This document shows positions 31,039 to 41,075 of a stretch of DNA of 64,000 nucleotides, piece by piece. Within the stretch, counting starts at the first letter, position 1. Each line of letters opens with the position of its first letter. This DNA is from an uncultured Candidatus Saccharibacteria bacterium (GTDB taxonomy: Bacteria; Patescibacteriota; WWE3; 2-01-FULL-39-13). Position numbers and translations under genes: made by a program. The notes beneath the pieces were generated by a model that made no database searches, was not told the origin of the DNA, and worked only from the letters and a program-made list of their open reading frames with translations. Location of the stretch: assembly GCA_965230915.1 (NCBI GenBank), contig OZ246395.1:664935-728934 (forward strand), written 5' to 3'.

Positions 31039-33567
31039 TTATTGGATCATATCAAATTTATATGTGTCTCCGCTATTTATTTCACCTGCAATTATTTTTT
31101 CGGCTAATGGAGTTTCAACCTTGTCTTCTATTACACGATTTAACTCTCGGGCACCCCACTCTGGTGAATATGCCATTTCGGCTATCTGACTAACAGCTGA
31201 ATCAGAAAATAAAATGTCTATCTTCTTTTCTTGAATCTTATTATGCAAAGCACTCAACTTTATCTTGGTAATTTCAAAAACATTGTCTTTTGATAGTGGT
31301 GCATACGGAATTAAAGAAGTGAAACGATTTAAAAATTCCATTGGGAAATATGCTTTTAATTCATTTAGTGCAACTTCGGCAATGTTTTTCCCCGAGCTGT
31401 TTTCCATTATGCTTTTTGTAACTGCTTTGGTTCCAACATTTGTGGTCATGATGATAAATGTATTTGTAAAATCATAGGTTTTACCTGAAGCTGAAGTTAA
31501 ACGACCATCATCTAAAACCTGCAAAAATAAATTTAAAACATTTTTGTCGGCTTTTTCGATTTCATCTAAAAGAATTAATGTATATGGAGATTCCTGGATT
31601 TTTTGAATTAAATATCCAACATAACCTGCACTATCACCTATTAACCTATTAACCGAATCCTGATTCTGATACTCACTCATATCTACGCGCACGAGTCGGT
31701 CTTTGCTTCCAAAGTAAGTTTCAGCTAAAACTTTTGCTGTTTCGGTTTTACCGACTCCGGTTGGGCCAGCGAATAAAAAGCTGGCAATAGGTTTATTTTC
31801 ATTCCTGATTCCGGCACGCGCTCTTTTTAGGGCTTTTGAGATTGAAACTATAGCTTGATCTTGTCCGATTATTTTCTGCTTTAATATGCTTTCTAGATTT
31901 AGGAGAGTTTCTTTCTCATTTTTATCAACCGAATTAGCCGGCACCCTAAATCTCGTAGAAATAAACGATAAAATTTCATCACGGGAAACTATATGATCTT
32001 GATTTTTATCGCTACCATATGATTGTGTCAAAATTGAAAGTGCTTTATCAGGAAAAGCCCGATCATGAACATAACGTTTCCCTGATTCTAGAATTGCCTT
32101 AAGTGCCGGATACGTATACTTAATTTTTCTTTGGGGCTCGATTGTTTTTGCATAATCTTCCATTATTAAAGTTGTTTCATCGTCAGTAGTTTCGCGAAGT
32201 TCAATTACGTCAAATGTCCGAGCAAATGAGTCATTTGGTTTTATGTACTTTAAATAGTTATCGTATGAGGTTGTTCCGATAAATTGGAATTTTCCACTCG
32301 ATAAGTATGGTTCTAAAACCGCAAAAACCGCGGAAGCATTGGGGTCATCTGAAGATAAAGTCGAAAGATTATGAATTTCATCTATAAACAAAATAATATT
32401 CCCTGAATATTCAGCTTCTTTTGCAATTTTTGATGTTAATTGTGAAATATCTGCAGATTTCCCAGAAGTAAGTGCGCCTGCATCAATTGAAATTATTCTT
32501 TTATGTTTTAATGCTGGAATAGCCGTTCCAAGGGCGATTTCACGCGCAAGAGCTTTTATAAAGGTCGTCTTACCAGCGCCAGCTGCGGCCACTAACATAA
32601 CATTATTAATTGATGGTTTTGAGAGCACCGAAATAATCGAGTCTTCAATGTCATGACGCCCTAAAAGCCTCGGTAAACCTCCTTTTAAGGCCAATTTAGT
32701 TAGGTCGACTCCGACTCTATTTATATTCGGAGTATATGCAATTGCCCATCCTTTATCGATTCCTCCGGCTGGTGGAATTTGAAAATCGTCATCCCATACT
32801 TTAGGATCTGATGACTTTACATAATGCAAAAACTTGAGGGCTTCAATCAATGATGCTTCATCGAACCTATGTTTGTTCATATGCGATACAGCATTAGGAA
32901 GTTGTAAAAAATATGCCGTAAATAAGTCGGCTAAATGAAGCCTTTTATCAGAATACACATCAGTCTTACTTATTTCTTGAATTTTTGCTTTAAATCTTTC
33001 AGCGTCAAATTCATTTGCATTCAAATCAATAAATTTAAGCGTATCTTCAAGCGGAAGCTCAGCACGAATTAGTAAATCTTTAATATCCCGAGCATCTGAG
33101 AAAGAAGCTACTAATGGACGGGCATTTCCATTTTTGGCCGTCTTGTATAAAAAGTTTGTCTGCCAAAATGCTGTAAGACTTTTATTTTCAATTGTAATCG
33201 GGTTATAAAAATAATAATTGTAGAGTTCACAGACAAATACAAATAACAGGAAGAGAATTGCGTAAACTGGCTTGTTAATAAGCAAATAGAAAAGTAAAAA
33301 ATAAACTGAAACATACCCAAGTAAAGCTATCGCAATATAAAGTGTAATTATTATTAACGCCAAAACTATAGATAATGATCGAATTACAAAACCATTAACT
33401 CGTGACAAAAAACCTGCCATACCAAAAAGTGGCTTAAAAAGACTCTTCATCATTACAACTAAACCAAACCTATGACTTAATAGTATTGAGGACCTATATA
33501 AAACTACGAAATATCTTTTATGGATGTCTAGGCAAAAGAATTTGATGGTATAGGAAACAAAATCCAT
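31039..33567 (-). CDS. Membrane-anchored Clp/Hsp100 double-AAA+ ATPase
   Basis: NBD1 (AGAGKT, LFIDEIH, RAFPDKA) and NBD2 ([27 protein letters not shown]), with N-terminal TMs. Confidence 0.88.
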   Translation of the reverse strand: MDFVSYTIKFFCLDIHKRYFVVLYRSSILLSHRFGLVVMMKSLFKPLFGMAGFLSRVNGFVIRSLSIVLALIIITLYIAIALLGYVSVYFLLFYLLINKPVYAILFLLFVFVCELYNYYFYNPITIENKSLTAFWQTNFLYKTAKNGNARPLVASFSDARDIKDLLIRAELPLEDTLKFIDLNANEFDAERFKAKIQEISKTDVYSDKRLHLADLFTAYFLQLPNAVSHMNKHRFDEASLIEALKFLHYVKSSDPKVWDDDFQIPPAGGIDKGWAIAYTPNINRVGVDLTKLALKGGLPRLLGRHDIEDSIISVLSKPSINNVMLVAAAGAGKTTFIKALAREIALGTAIPALKHKRIISIDAGALTSGKSADISQLTSKIAKEAEYSGNIILFIDEIHNLSTLSSDDPNASAVFAVLEPYLSSGKFQFIGTTSYDNYLKYIKPNDSFARTFDVIELRETTDDETTLIMEDYAKTIEPQRKIKYTYPALKAILESGKRYVHDRAFPDKALSILTQSYGSDKNQDHIVSRDEILSFISTRFRVPANSVDKNEKETLLNLESILKQKIIGQDQAIVSISKALKRARAGIRNENKPIASFLFAGPTGVGKTETAKVLAETYFGSKDRLVRVDMSEYQNQDSVNRLIGDSAGYVGYLIQKIQESPYTLILLDEIEKADKNVLNLFLQVLDDGRLTSASGKTYDFTNTFIIMTTNVGTKAVTKSIMENSSGKNIAEVALNELKAYFPMEFLNRFTSLIPYAPLSKDNVFEITKIKLSALHNKIQEKKIDILFSDSAVSQIAEMAYSPEWGARELNRVIEDKVETPLAEKIIAGEINSGDTYKFDMIQ

Positions 33568-33627
33568 ACATCTATTGTAGCAACTTTAGAGTTTAGAATG
33601 GGTCAAAAACAAAAAAGCATTTAGCTA

Positions 33628-34728
33628 TCAACCTAACATGCTTTTCTTCAATTCGTTTATAACCGTATATGGATTGCTTCCGATTACGCTTTGAGCAAAA
33701 AGTTCCATGGCTCCAATATCCGCGGTTTTGCTTGAAAGATTTCCACGATCTACAATTCTAACTATAACTGGCATATGATCCCAAACTTCGGGAGTCTTAG
33801 CCATTGGAGGTATTATGACGCCGACATTAAATGTAACTACACCTAAGCGTTCCTTAACATTTTTTAGAACTTCTCCTGTGATTGTGGCCAAATTAGCATC
33901 AAATGCCTTGCCTATTAATACAATCTCTTTTTCTTTTACTGGGGTAATTTTAGATATAATTTTTATACCTTCCTTTTCGAATGCGAGCCCTAAATTTTCG
34001 TGGATTTTGAAGTCGTCTTCGAAATAATTTGTTTTATATTCTTCCTGATATTCAAGCGCATGTGATCGCATTTCTTCAATTTTTGCATAAGCCTGACCTT
34101 CGGTTAAGGTTATTTGTGCGTGGCCATGAATAACCGACGAACCCGCGTTCCATAAACAATTCCACATATAAAATGGGTAAATAGCTTTCGGATTAACTTC
34201 ATGGGCTTTGGCAAACCATTGTGCGGCAACGTCAAAATAATCTCGCAACCTTTCGCGAGTGAACATTAGGGGATTATGGTCATCATAAATAACTAGCCCG
34301 TGAAATCCGTCATATTTCGTAACATTGGATGCAGTCATAGAAAATTTGCCCTGAATTCTTCCGAATGTATCTGCAGGAGTTCCAGTTAATGGATGTGCAA
34401 ACGGACCGTCGCTTCCTTTTTCAATTTCTTTTACGATTTCACTTAATTGACTATCAAAAATAACCGGACGTTTAGTTCTTAACTCGTTAAAGATAGATCC
34501 TTCGTACAAAACATGGTTTGTAATTTTTATAAAATCCTGAACCTTAACAGCATCAACTGAACCGAACGTCGTTTCGATCCATGTTGTCATTTCTGTTGGG
34601 GGAATTAGCTCACCTCGGGTTTCCCAATACGTATAAATTCTTTCGAATAAAAATTTTTGTTCTTGATTGAAATTTTTTATGTGTTCTAAAAATTCTTCTT
34701 TAAAACCTTTTTGCGGAGTAGTAGTCAT
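33628..34728 (-). CDS. GalT/HIT-superfamily nucleotidyltransferase-like protein
   Basis: WNCLWNAGSSVIHGHAQ matches the GalT-type N..G.S..HxHxQ active site. Confidence 0.65.
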   Translation of the reverse strand: MTTTPQKGFKEEFLEHIKNFNQEQKFLFERIYTYWETRGELIPPTEMTTWIETTFGSVDAVKVQDFIKITNHVLYEGSIFNELRTKRPVIFDSQLSEIVKEIEKGSDGPFAHPLTGTPADTFGRIQGKFSMTASNVTKYDGFHGLVIYDDHNPLMFTRERLRDYFDVAAQWFAKAHEVNPKAIYPFYMWNCLWNAGSSVIHGHAQITLTEGQAYAKIEEMRSHALEYQEEYKTNYFEDDFKIHENLGLAFEKEGIKIISKITPVKEKEIVLIGKAFDANLATITGEVLKNVKERLGVVTFNVGVIIPPMAKTPEVWDHMPVIVRIVDRGNLSSKTADIGAMELFAQSVIGSNPYTVINELKKSMLG

Positions 34729-34777
34729 GAAAACAATATAACATCATAATTTGTTATATCAAACCATAGATTTAATT

Positions 34778-35536
34778 TTAGCTATAAAATTTCTCGTAGA
34801 AAATTGAAGTTTCTGGAACACCTCTCTCGATAAGTTCACCTTCAACATCACTTATCATCTTGCCGCTTCCGCAGACGAAAAATTGCGCGTCCTGGAGAGT
34901 TTCTTCAGGTGTTATTTCAATAAATTGAGTTACATAACCTTCTATAGCACCTGGCAAACTTGCTTGTGATAGGTAAATTCTGAAATCAGAAATTAATCCA
35001 GTATCTAAATATTTATTAAATAATTCTTCGTAAAAAATGTCTCCTATATATCGTGTTCCAAAATGCACATGAATTCTATGGTTTTTATATCTCTCATCAG
35101 AAATCAGTGTTTCTATCATTGATTTTAGCGGAGCTAGCCCGACACCTGTCGCGATAAAAAATAAATTTTTATCGAGCGCTTCGGGTAAAACAAATAATCC
35201 AATCTGACCAATAAATTTTATTTCATCGCCAGGTTTTAAATTCATTAAATATTGTGTCCCGACCCCGTTTGGTTTTATATCTATTACAATTTTAAAAATA
35301 TTTTTTGAACTTAATGGAGAAGTCGAAATTGAATACTGCCTTCTAGTTGTTGGGTTAATTTCTAAAGCAATGTATTGGCCCGGCTCAAAATTTAATTCAG
35401 TTGGGGCAACCATCTGGAATAAAAATTCATAAACCGTGTCAGCTAATATATTTCGTTCGATTAATTTTGCGGTTCCTCTAATCGGAGCTGTAGTATCGTT
35501 CATACTATGGATAAATTTGATTACCTTCAGTATCAA
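34778..35536 (-). CDS. FNR-family FAD/NAD(P)H oxidoreductase
   Basis: FEPGQY, RQYSIS (RxYS), GVGT, ATGVGLAP, VCGS, EKF. Likely start is MNDTT (about 35503). Confidence 0.88.
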   Translation of the reverse strand: MILKVIKFIHSMNDTTAPIRGTAKLIERNILADTVYEFLFQMVAPTELNFEPGQYIALEINPTTRRQYSISTSPLSSKNIFKIVIDIKPNGVGTQYLMNLKPGDEIKFIGQIGLFVLPEALDKNLFFIATGVGLAPLKSMIETLISDERYKNHRIHVHFGTRYIGDIFYEELFNKYLDTGLISDFRIYLSQASLPGAIEGYVTQFIEITPEETLQDAQFFVCGSGKMISDVEGELIERGVPETSIFYEKFYS

Positions 35537-35783
35537 ATACCTTTATTGCCAAAGTTGGGCAACTCATTGCACCATCTATAATATCTTTGTCTACATCGCC
35601 ATTTACGCTTAAAACAATTGCCTTGCCCTCATCGTCTAATTTATAAGTATTCGGTGCTAATGCGACACATGTTCCTGCACCGATACAAAGATCTCGATCG
35701 ATTTCGATCCGACCGACTTTTACGGTTTTCTTGTCGTTGTTGGTTGGTTGGTTAGTTTGTGATGTCATAGTCTTCTGTTTCAT
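35505..35783 (-). CDS. Ferredoxin (probable [3Fe-4S])
   Basis: CIGAGTC...SCP, a C-x2-A-x2-C-xn-CP pattern. Confidence 0.88.
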   Translation of the reverse strand: MKQKTMTSQTNQPTNNDKKTVKVGRIEIDRDLCIGAGTCVALAPNTYKLDDEGKAIVLSVNGDVDKDIIDGAMSCPTLAIKVFDTEGNQIYP

Positions 35784-36024
35784 TATTAATCACTTTGTTC
35801 GCTTCTTCAATCATTTCGTCGATTTCCTCATCAATCATTCCATGTAATTTTGCACCGTCTTCTATAGTATCGAACTGGCTTGCAAAACATGAGGCACAAT
35901 GTAAGCCAAATGCTGCAAAAACTTCAACAACTTCTGGATATTTAAACACAGTTTCAGCTACGTTTGCACGTTTATCTAATTCAATTCTCTTTACTTTTTC
36001 GGTTTTATTTGTTTTTGATTGCAT
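35752..36024 (-). CDS. DUF1858 / HCP-associated redox disulfide domain protein
   Basis: YPE..EVF..FGLHCASC.....TIE.GA..HG. Confidence 0.85.
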   Translation of the reverse strand: MQSKTNKTEKVKRIELDKRANVAETVFKYPEVVEVFAAFGLHCASCFASQFDTIEDGAKLHGMIDEEIDEMIEEANKVINNETEDYDITN

Positions 36025-36373
36025 CTTTTAAAGCGTTAATAGAAACCATCACACATTTTTCACGAGATGGAGTCACGTCTAAACCAATTAGTTCTAAAAC
36101 TTCTTCTTTGTTTAAACTATTAATTTCTGAAATATTTTTTCCTATTAATTCGTCGGACAAAATCGACATTGTTCCCGTACTAATAATACATCCGTCAGAT
36201 TGGTATCCAATATCAAAAATTTTGCCGTTTTCATCTGCTAAAATCTGAACTTCAATTGAATCTCCACATGAGAAATTGGCATCTCTTCCGGAATAATTGG
36301 CAGCATCAAGTTTTTTGCTGTTTGGCTGATTCTTATAATGATAAATAAATTCCTGTGAATAAATATCTGCCAT
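36005..36373 (-). CDS. sufU: SufU/IscU-type Fe-S scaffold or sulfur-transfer protein
   Basis: SCGD, GCIIS, REKC conserved Cys. Follows sufS. Confidence 0.88.
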   Translation of the reverse strand: MADIYSQEFIYHYKNQPNSKKLDAANYSGRDANFSCGDSIEVQILADENGKIFDIGYQSDGCIISTGTMSILSDELIGKNISEINSLNKEEVLELIGLDVTPSREKCVMVSINALKDAIKNK

Positions 36374-36377
36374 ATTT

Positions 36378-37601
36378 TTATCCTAAAATTTGTTGCGCTT
36401 TATCTAATGCGCTAACTAATACATCTATATCTTCTTTTGTGTTGTAGAAATAAACACTAAGTCTTGTTGAAGTACTTACGTGTTCTTTGTGCCATGGCAT
36501 ATTGCAATGCTGTCCTGATCGAACAGCGACTCCTTCTGTATTTAAAATAGTAGCCAAATCATGTGACGGAATATTTTTTAAATTAAAAGTAATAAGCCCG
36601 CCTTTTATTTCTGCGTTTGTTGACCCATACACTTCAATATCTTCGCGAGCTGTTAATTTTTGTAACGCGTATGCGATTAAATCTTTGCCATATTCTTCGA
36701 TATTATCTAAACCAATATTATTCAAATAATCGCATGCTGCAGCAAGGCCAACAGCTCCTGAAACATTCGGCGTTCCTGCTTCTAGAAATTCCGGCATCGC
36801 GGTGTAAGTTGCATCTTGAAGAGTTACTTCACGGATCATTCCTCCACCAAGGTTGTATGGTTTTAATTCTGGAAACGCATCGCGGTTTGCCCATAAAACG
36901 CCGATTCCCATTGGGCCGCACATTTTGTGCCCACTAAATGCAAAGAAATCAATTCCCATGCTTTGTACATTTACTGACATATGAGGAACCGATTGGGCTC
37001 CATCTACAAAAATTCTGGCGTTATTAGTTTTACCATGAATATATTTAGCAATTTCTTTAACATTGTTAACCGATCCTAAAATATTTGAAACATGATTGAA
37101 TGCAACAAAACGAACTTTTTCCCAATCAGTGTTTACGGCTTTAATATCAAGTAAACCTTCGGAATTAATTGGAATAAACTTAATTTCAAATCCAATTTCT
37201 TTTGCAAGATTTTGCCATGGAACCAAATTTGAATGATGTTCCACCTCCGAAACTAAAATGATTTCGTCCTTTTTTAAACTATTTCTGATCCATGAATACG
37301 CGATTAGGTTTGAAGCTTCGGTAGTATTTCTTACAAAAACAACTTCAGCCGGAACAACCGCGTGTATAAACTTAGCGACTGTTTCACGTGCTTTTTCATA
37401 CATATCTGTAGCTTCTTCGCTAAGCATATGAACTCCACGGTGAACATTCGCACGATGATTGCTGTCAAATTCAACAACTGCTTCAATAACCTGTTTTGGC
37501 ATCTGAGAAGTTGCAGCGTTATCTAGGTAAACCAACCGTTTGCCTTTTACTGTTCTGTTAAATATTGGAAAATCTTTTTTGATTTCTTCTGCGTTAAGCA
37601 T
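36378..37601 (-). CDS. sufS: Cysteine desulfurase SufS
   Basis: YLDNAATSQ, EHHSN, DGAQ, SGHKM (PLP Lys), RSGQHC (group II). Confidence 0.93.
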   Translation of the reverse strand: MLNAEEIKKDFPIFNRTVKGKRLVYLDNAATSQMPKQVIEAVVEFDSNHRANVHRGVHMLSEEATDMYEKARETVAKFIHAVVPAEVVFVRNTTEASNLIAYSWIRNSLKKDEIILVSEVEHHSNLVPWQNLAKEIGFEIKFIPINSEGLLDIKAVNTDWEKVRFVAFNHVSNILGSVNNVKEIAKYIHGKTNNARIFVDGAQSVPHMSVNVQSMGIDFFAFSGHKMCGPMGIGVLWANRDAFPELKPYNLGGGMIREVTLQDATYTAMPEFLEAGTPNVSGAVGLAAACDYLNNIGLDNIEEYGKDLIAYALQKLTAREDIEVYGSTNAEIKGGLITFNLKNIPSHDLATILNTEGVAVRSGQHCNMPWHKEHVSTSTRLSVYFYNTKEDIDVLVSALDKAQQILG

Positions 37602-37602
37602 T

Positions 37603-38220
37603 TTAAGCTTTTATAGACCTATCTACTTCTAGATGCTGATGCACCAATAAATTCTTTATATCAATTTCGGCTGAACTTAATTGCAAAATTTCATTTATAA
37701 AACCGGCGACTAATAATTCTTTAGATTCTTCGTCAGTTAATCCACGTGATTTTAAATAAAACTGCCCAATATCGTCCAAAGTTGAAATGGTAACTCCATG
37801 TGAAGCTTTAACATCATCGGCTTTAATTTCTAATTGTGGAGACGAATTCACAACTGCATCCTCTCCAATTATCAAATTATCGTTTTTTAAATATGCATCT
37901 GATAGGTCAGCGCCTGGCTCAATTTTAATTAATCCACTAAAGTCTAATTTTGATTTATCAAACATAACTGCTTTTATATGAACACGTGATAAAGCATTTT
38001 TTACTTTGTGATTGCTTACGATATTAACCTTATATTCATCAGAATTTCTGCCAATTATAATTCCATATAATTCAAATGATGTATCTTCGTTCTCCAAAAT
38101 AAATTCCAGATCAATTGACCCACCATCTAGTCCTAATAATAAATACGTTCCGTTATTTTTTATTTTAATTTTGTCCGAAACGTGTTCTCTTTCGATTCTT
38201 ATTGTCTTTAATGTTTGCAT
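37603..38220 (-). CDS. sufD: SufD (short form)
   Basis: PQLEIKADDVKASHG, FYLKSRG. 205 aa, C-terminal beta-helix only. Confidence 0.85.
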   Translation of the reverse strand: MQTLKTIRIEREHVSDKIKIKNNGTYLLLGLDGGSIDLEFILENEDTSFELYGIIIGRNSDEYKVNIVSNHKVKNALSRVHIKAVMFDKSKLDFSGLIKIEPGADLSDAYLKNDNLIIGEDAVVNSSPQLEIKADDVKASHGVTISTLDDIGQFYLKSRGLTDEESKELLVAGFINEILQLSSAEIDIKNLLVHQHLEVDRSIKA

Positions 38221-38277
38221 AATTTTTATACTTCAAGAGTATTATTACTAAGTTACAATTCGGGCTTAAAATATTAG

Positions 38278-39696
38278 TTAGCCGACTGAGCCCTCCATCT
38301 CTAATTCAATTAAACGATTAAGTTCTACTGCGTATTCCATTGGCAATTCCTTAATAATAGGTTCAATAAATCCATTAACAATTAATGCAGCTGCAGCGTC
38401 TTCTGATAATCCGCGAGACATCAAATAATACAATTGCTCAGCACCAACTTTTGAAACACTGGCTTCATGGCCAATCTTTACTTTCTTATTATCAATTTTC
38501 ATAAATGGGTATGTATCAGTTCGCGATTCGGGGTCTAGTAATAAAGCATCACAAACAACATTCGATTTTACATTTTCAGCTTTTTTAATAACCTTAACCA
38601 TTCCGCGGTAACTAGCACGGCCAGTCCCTTTCGAAATAGATTTAGAAATAATATTTGATGAAGTGTTTGGAGCTAAATGAATCATTTTTGCTCCAGTATC
38701 TTGGTGTTGTCCGTCAGCTGCAAATGCAAGAGACATAACTTCACCTCGAGCTCCTTCTTCCATTAAATAAACACTTGGATATTTCATTGTGACTTTTGAA
38801 CCAATGTTTCCATCGACCCATTCCATAGTTGCATCTTTATATGCGAATGCGCGTTTAGTAACAAGGTTGTAAACATTTGGAAACCAATTTTGAATTGTTG
38901 TATATCTAAATCGTGCACCTTTTTTAACAATAATTTCTACAACTGCAGAGTGCAAAGAACTATCAGAATAACTTGGAGCCGAACATCCTTCAACATAAGT
39001 TGCATAAGCTCCTTCGTCTACAATAATTAAGGTTCTTTCGAATTGACCTGCGTTTGCAGCATTAATTCTAAAATATGCCTGTAACGGTTTTTCAACTCGC
39101 GCGCCTTTTGGAATATAAACAAAAGATCCGCCAGACCAAACTGCACTATTTAATGCAGCAAATTTATTATCAGCAGGCGGAATAATTTTCCCAAAATATT
39201 CTTTAAAAAATTCCGGATGTTTTTGTAGGGCTTCGTCGGTCCCCATAAAAATAACACCTTGATCGGCCAATTCTTTTTTTAGAGATCCATAAACAATTTC
39301 TGAATCGTATTGCGCTTTAACTCCAGACAAAAATTCGCGTTCAGCTTGAGGAACTCCCAATCTTTCAAAAGTTGTTTTTAAATCATCTGGAACATCATCC
39401 CATTTTTTTTCTTGTCTATCGGTCGGCTTTATATAATAGTGGATATCATCAAATTTGATTCCAGATAAGTCAGCACCCCAATCCGGCATTTTCTTTTCTA
39501 AGAAAAGTTTGTACGCGTTTAATCTGAATTCAAGCATCCACTCTGGCTCATTTTTCATTTTTGAAATTTCGCGAATCACATCTTCATTCAATCCCTTTTT
39601 GGATTTAAATTTAGAAGTATCGGGCATATAAAAGCCTTCTTTATAAGATGTCGTAACTTTAAATTGTTTTTCTTGTTCACTTAGTATCTTAGCCAT
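38278..39696 (-). CDS. sufB: Fe-S cluster assembly protein SufB
   Basis: [35 protein letters not shown]. Confidence 0.95.
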   Translation of the reverse strand: MAKILSEQEKQFKVTTSYKEGFYMPDTSKFKSKKGLNEDVIREISKMKNEPEWMLEFRLNAYKLFLEKKMPDWGADLSGIKFDDIHYYIKPTDRQEKKWDDVPDDLKTTFERLGVPQAEREFLSGVKAQYDSEIVYGSLKKELADQGVIFMGTDEALQKHPEFFKEYFGKIIPPADNKFAALNSAVWSGGSFVYIPKGARVEKPLQAYFRINAANAGQFERTLIIVDEGAYATYVEGCSAPSYSDSSLHSAVVEIIVKKGARFRYTTIQNWFPNVYNLVTKRAFAYKDATMEWVDGNIGSKVTMKYPSVYLMEEGARGEVMSLAFAADGQHQDTGAKMIHLAPNTSSNIISKSISKGTGRASYRGMVKVIKKAENVKSNVVCDALLLDPESRTDTYPFMKIDNKKVKIGHEASVSKVGAEQLYYLMSRGLSEDAAAALIVNGFIEPIIKELPMEYAVELNRLIELEMEGSVG

Positions 39697-40444
39697 TTAG
39701 ATATTTTGAATAACCTTCTTTATCTAGCACATCTGCTAGTTCAGACTTTCCATGGTCAACTAATTTTCCTTTTACTAAAACATGAACTTGATCTGGATTT
39801 AAATATTCCAAAATTCTTTTATAGTGAGTAATAACAAGCATACCTATGTTAAGTTGGTCAGCAAGTTTTCTGCAAGATTCAGCAACAATTTTTAAAGCCG
39901 TAACATCTAACCCAGAATCTGTTTCGTCTAAAATCACATATTTTGGTTCTAAAATCGCCAACTGTAAAATTTCTGCTTTTTTCTTTTCGCCTCCGCTAAA
40001 TCCTTCGTTTAAATTTCTAGATAAGAAGCTTGTGTCCATTTCTAAATTTTTCATTTTTTCTTCAACAAGCTTTTTAAATTTAAATGGAGATAAATCGCGA
40101 TAACTTTCACCCTGTCTTTTCTTTTGAATCGCGTTGTATGATAAACGTAAAAATTCCATAAAAGGAACACCCGGAATTTCAACTGGATACTGAAAAGCTA
40201 AAAACAAGCCTTCTCTGGCACGAGCATCGACTTCAATATCTAATAAATTAATACCGTCTAGTTCTACAGACCCGCCTGTTATTTCAATATCTGGGTGACC
40301 CATTAAAGCAGCAGCTAAGGTAGACTTTCCGCTACCGTTAGGTCCCATAATCGCATGAATTTCTCCACGTTCGATTTGAAGGTCGATTCCCTTTAAAATT
40401 TCCTTATTCTCTCTGGCAGCCTTAAGATTTGTGATTTTCAACAT
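39689..40444 (-). CDS. sufC: Fe-S cluster assembly ATPase SufC
   Basis: [41 protein letters not shown]. Confidence 0.95.
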   Translation of the reverse strand: MLKITNLKAARENKEILKGIDLQIERGEIHAIMGPNGSGKSTLAAALMGHPDIEITGGSVELDGINLLDIEVDARAREGLFLAFQYPVEIPGVPFMEFLRLSYNAIQKKRQGESYRDLSPFKFKKLVEEKMKNLEMDTSFLSRNLNEGFSGGEKKKAEILQLAILEPKYVILDETDSGLDVTALKIVAESCRKLADQLNIGMLVITHYKRILEYLNPDQVHVLVKGKLVDHGKSELADVLDKEGYSKYLNG

Positions 40445-40715
40445 AAGTCATTTTGGATATGCAACACGCCTCATGATCATGAGGACAGTTGCCACTGTTA
40501 ATTGAATAAAATACTTCTTTGCCTTTAATTTCTTTCGATAAAAGGCCTGTTTTCAACATTTCAGTTAGGTGATAGCTCACAGTAGGCTGTTTTAAGCCAC
40601 TAAATTCTGTAAGTTCTGATACGTTTTTAGTGCCATTTTGGGCTAAAAACATATATATTTTAATTCTGGATTCGACACCGAGGTTTCGAAAACAGCCAGC
40701 ACATCCAACTTTCAT
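40422..40715 (-). CDS. ArsR/SmtB-family regulator heading the suf operon
   Basis: SRIKIY, VSEL.....LKQPTVSYHL, GKEVFYS wHTH. The start is placed at ATG 40715 (MKVGCAGC), just downstream of a promoter. Confidence 0.85.
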   Translation of the reverse strand: MKVGCAGCFRNLGVESRIKIYMFLAQNGTKNVSELTEFSGLKQPTVSYHLTEMLKTGLLSKEIKGKEVFYSINSGNCPHDHEACCISKMTYVENHKS

Positions 40716-40717
40716 AA

Positions 40718-40752
40718 ATATAGATAATAGTCTATATATGTGGAAAACGCAA
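40718..40752 (-). promoter_or_regulatory. Sigma70-type promoter with overlapping palindromic operator
   Basis: On the - strand TTGCGT-17 bp-TATTAT-8 nt-ATG. The ATATAGA-N6-TCTATAT palindrome (40718-40737) spans the -10. Confidence 0.65.
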
Positions 40753-40770
40753 TAAGCAAGCGGTTTTACG

Positions 40771-40851
40771 AAAAATAAAAAAAGAACCGAAGGAAAAATC
40801 TGTGACTGGGGTTGACCAGACAACGCTTTATGCGCGATTCTTCCCTCGGTT
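40771..40851 (-). terminator. Branched stem-loop plus U-tract ending the small-peptide transcript
   Basis: AACCGAGGGAAGAAUC pairs with GAUUUUUCCUUCGGUU (16 bp, 2 G-U), followed by CUUUUUUU. Confidence 0.6.
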
Positions 40852-40881
40852 ATGTGACAGCCGTTAATAGACTGTCATGTG

Positions 40882-40974
40882 CTACCCGCCCACACCGTGG
40901 GGGGCCCCAGCAGAGACAACGAACATTACCAATGTACCTAAACTTACCAAGGCCGTGATGATCTTTGCCTTCAT
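40882..40974 (-). CDS. 30-aa hydrophobic peptide MKAKIITALVSLGTLVMFVVSAGAPHGVGG
   Basis: Read manually. AAAGGAGGT SD 8 nt before the ATG, TATAAT at 41007-41012, downstream hairpins and U-tract. Confidence 0.7.
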   Translation of the reverse strand: MKAKIITALVSLGTLVMFVVSAGAPHGVGG

Positions 40975-41075
40975 GAGGTTATACCTCCTTTCTATAGGAT
41001 GTTGATATTATAAAATAAACCAACTAATTAACAAATAACAAAATAGATAACTAAAATGGGATATAATCTATCAAT

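Noticed and set aside
34778-35536. FNR-like gene as pyrK, partner of pyrD
   Set aside because: It lacks the C-terminal [2Fe-2S] Cys motif of PyrK, and the pyrD is class 2-like and not adjacent.
40716-40823. N-terminal extension of the ArsR ORF given in the track
   Set aside because: It overlaps the promoter, operator and upstream terminator. ATG 40715 fits the domain boundary.
40780-41000. GC-richer intergenic segment as SRP RNA, RNase P, tmRNA or a known riboswitch
   Set aside because: I could not find their signature sequences by eye, and the SD-led ORF plus terminator explains the region better. An Rfam search is still needed.
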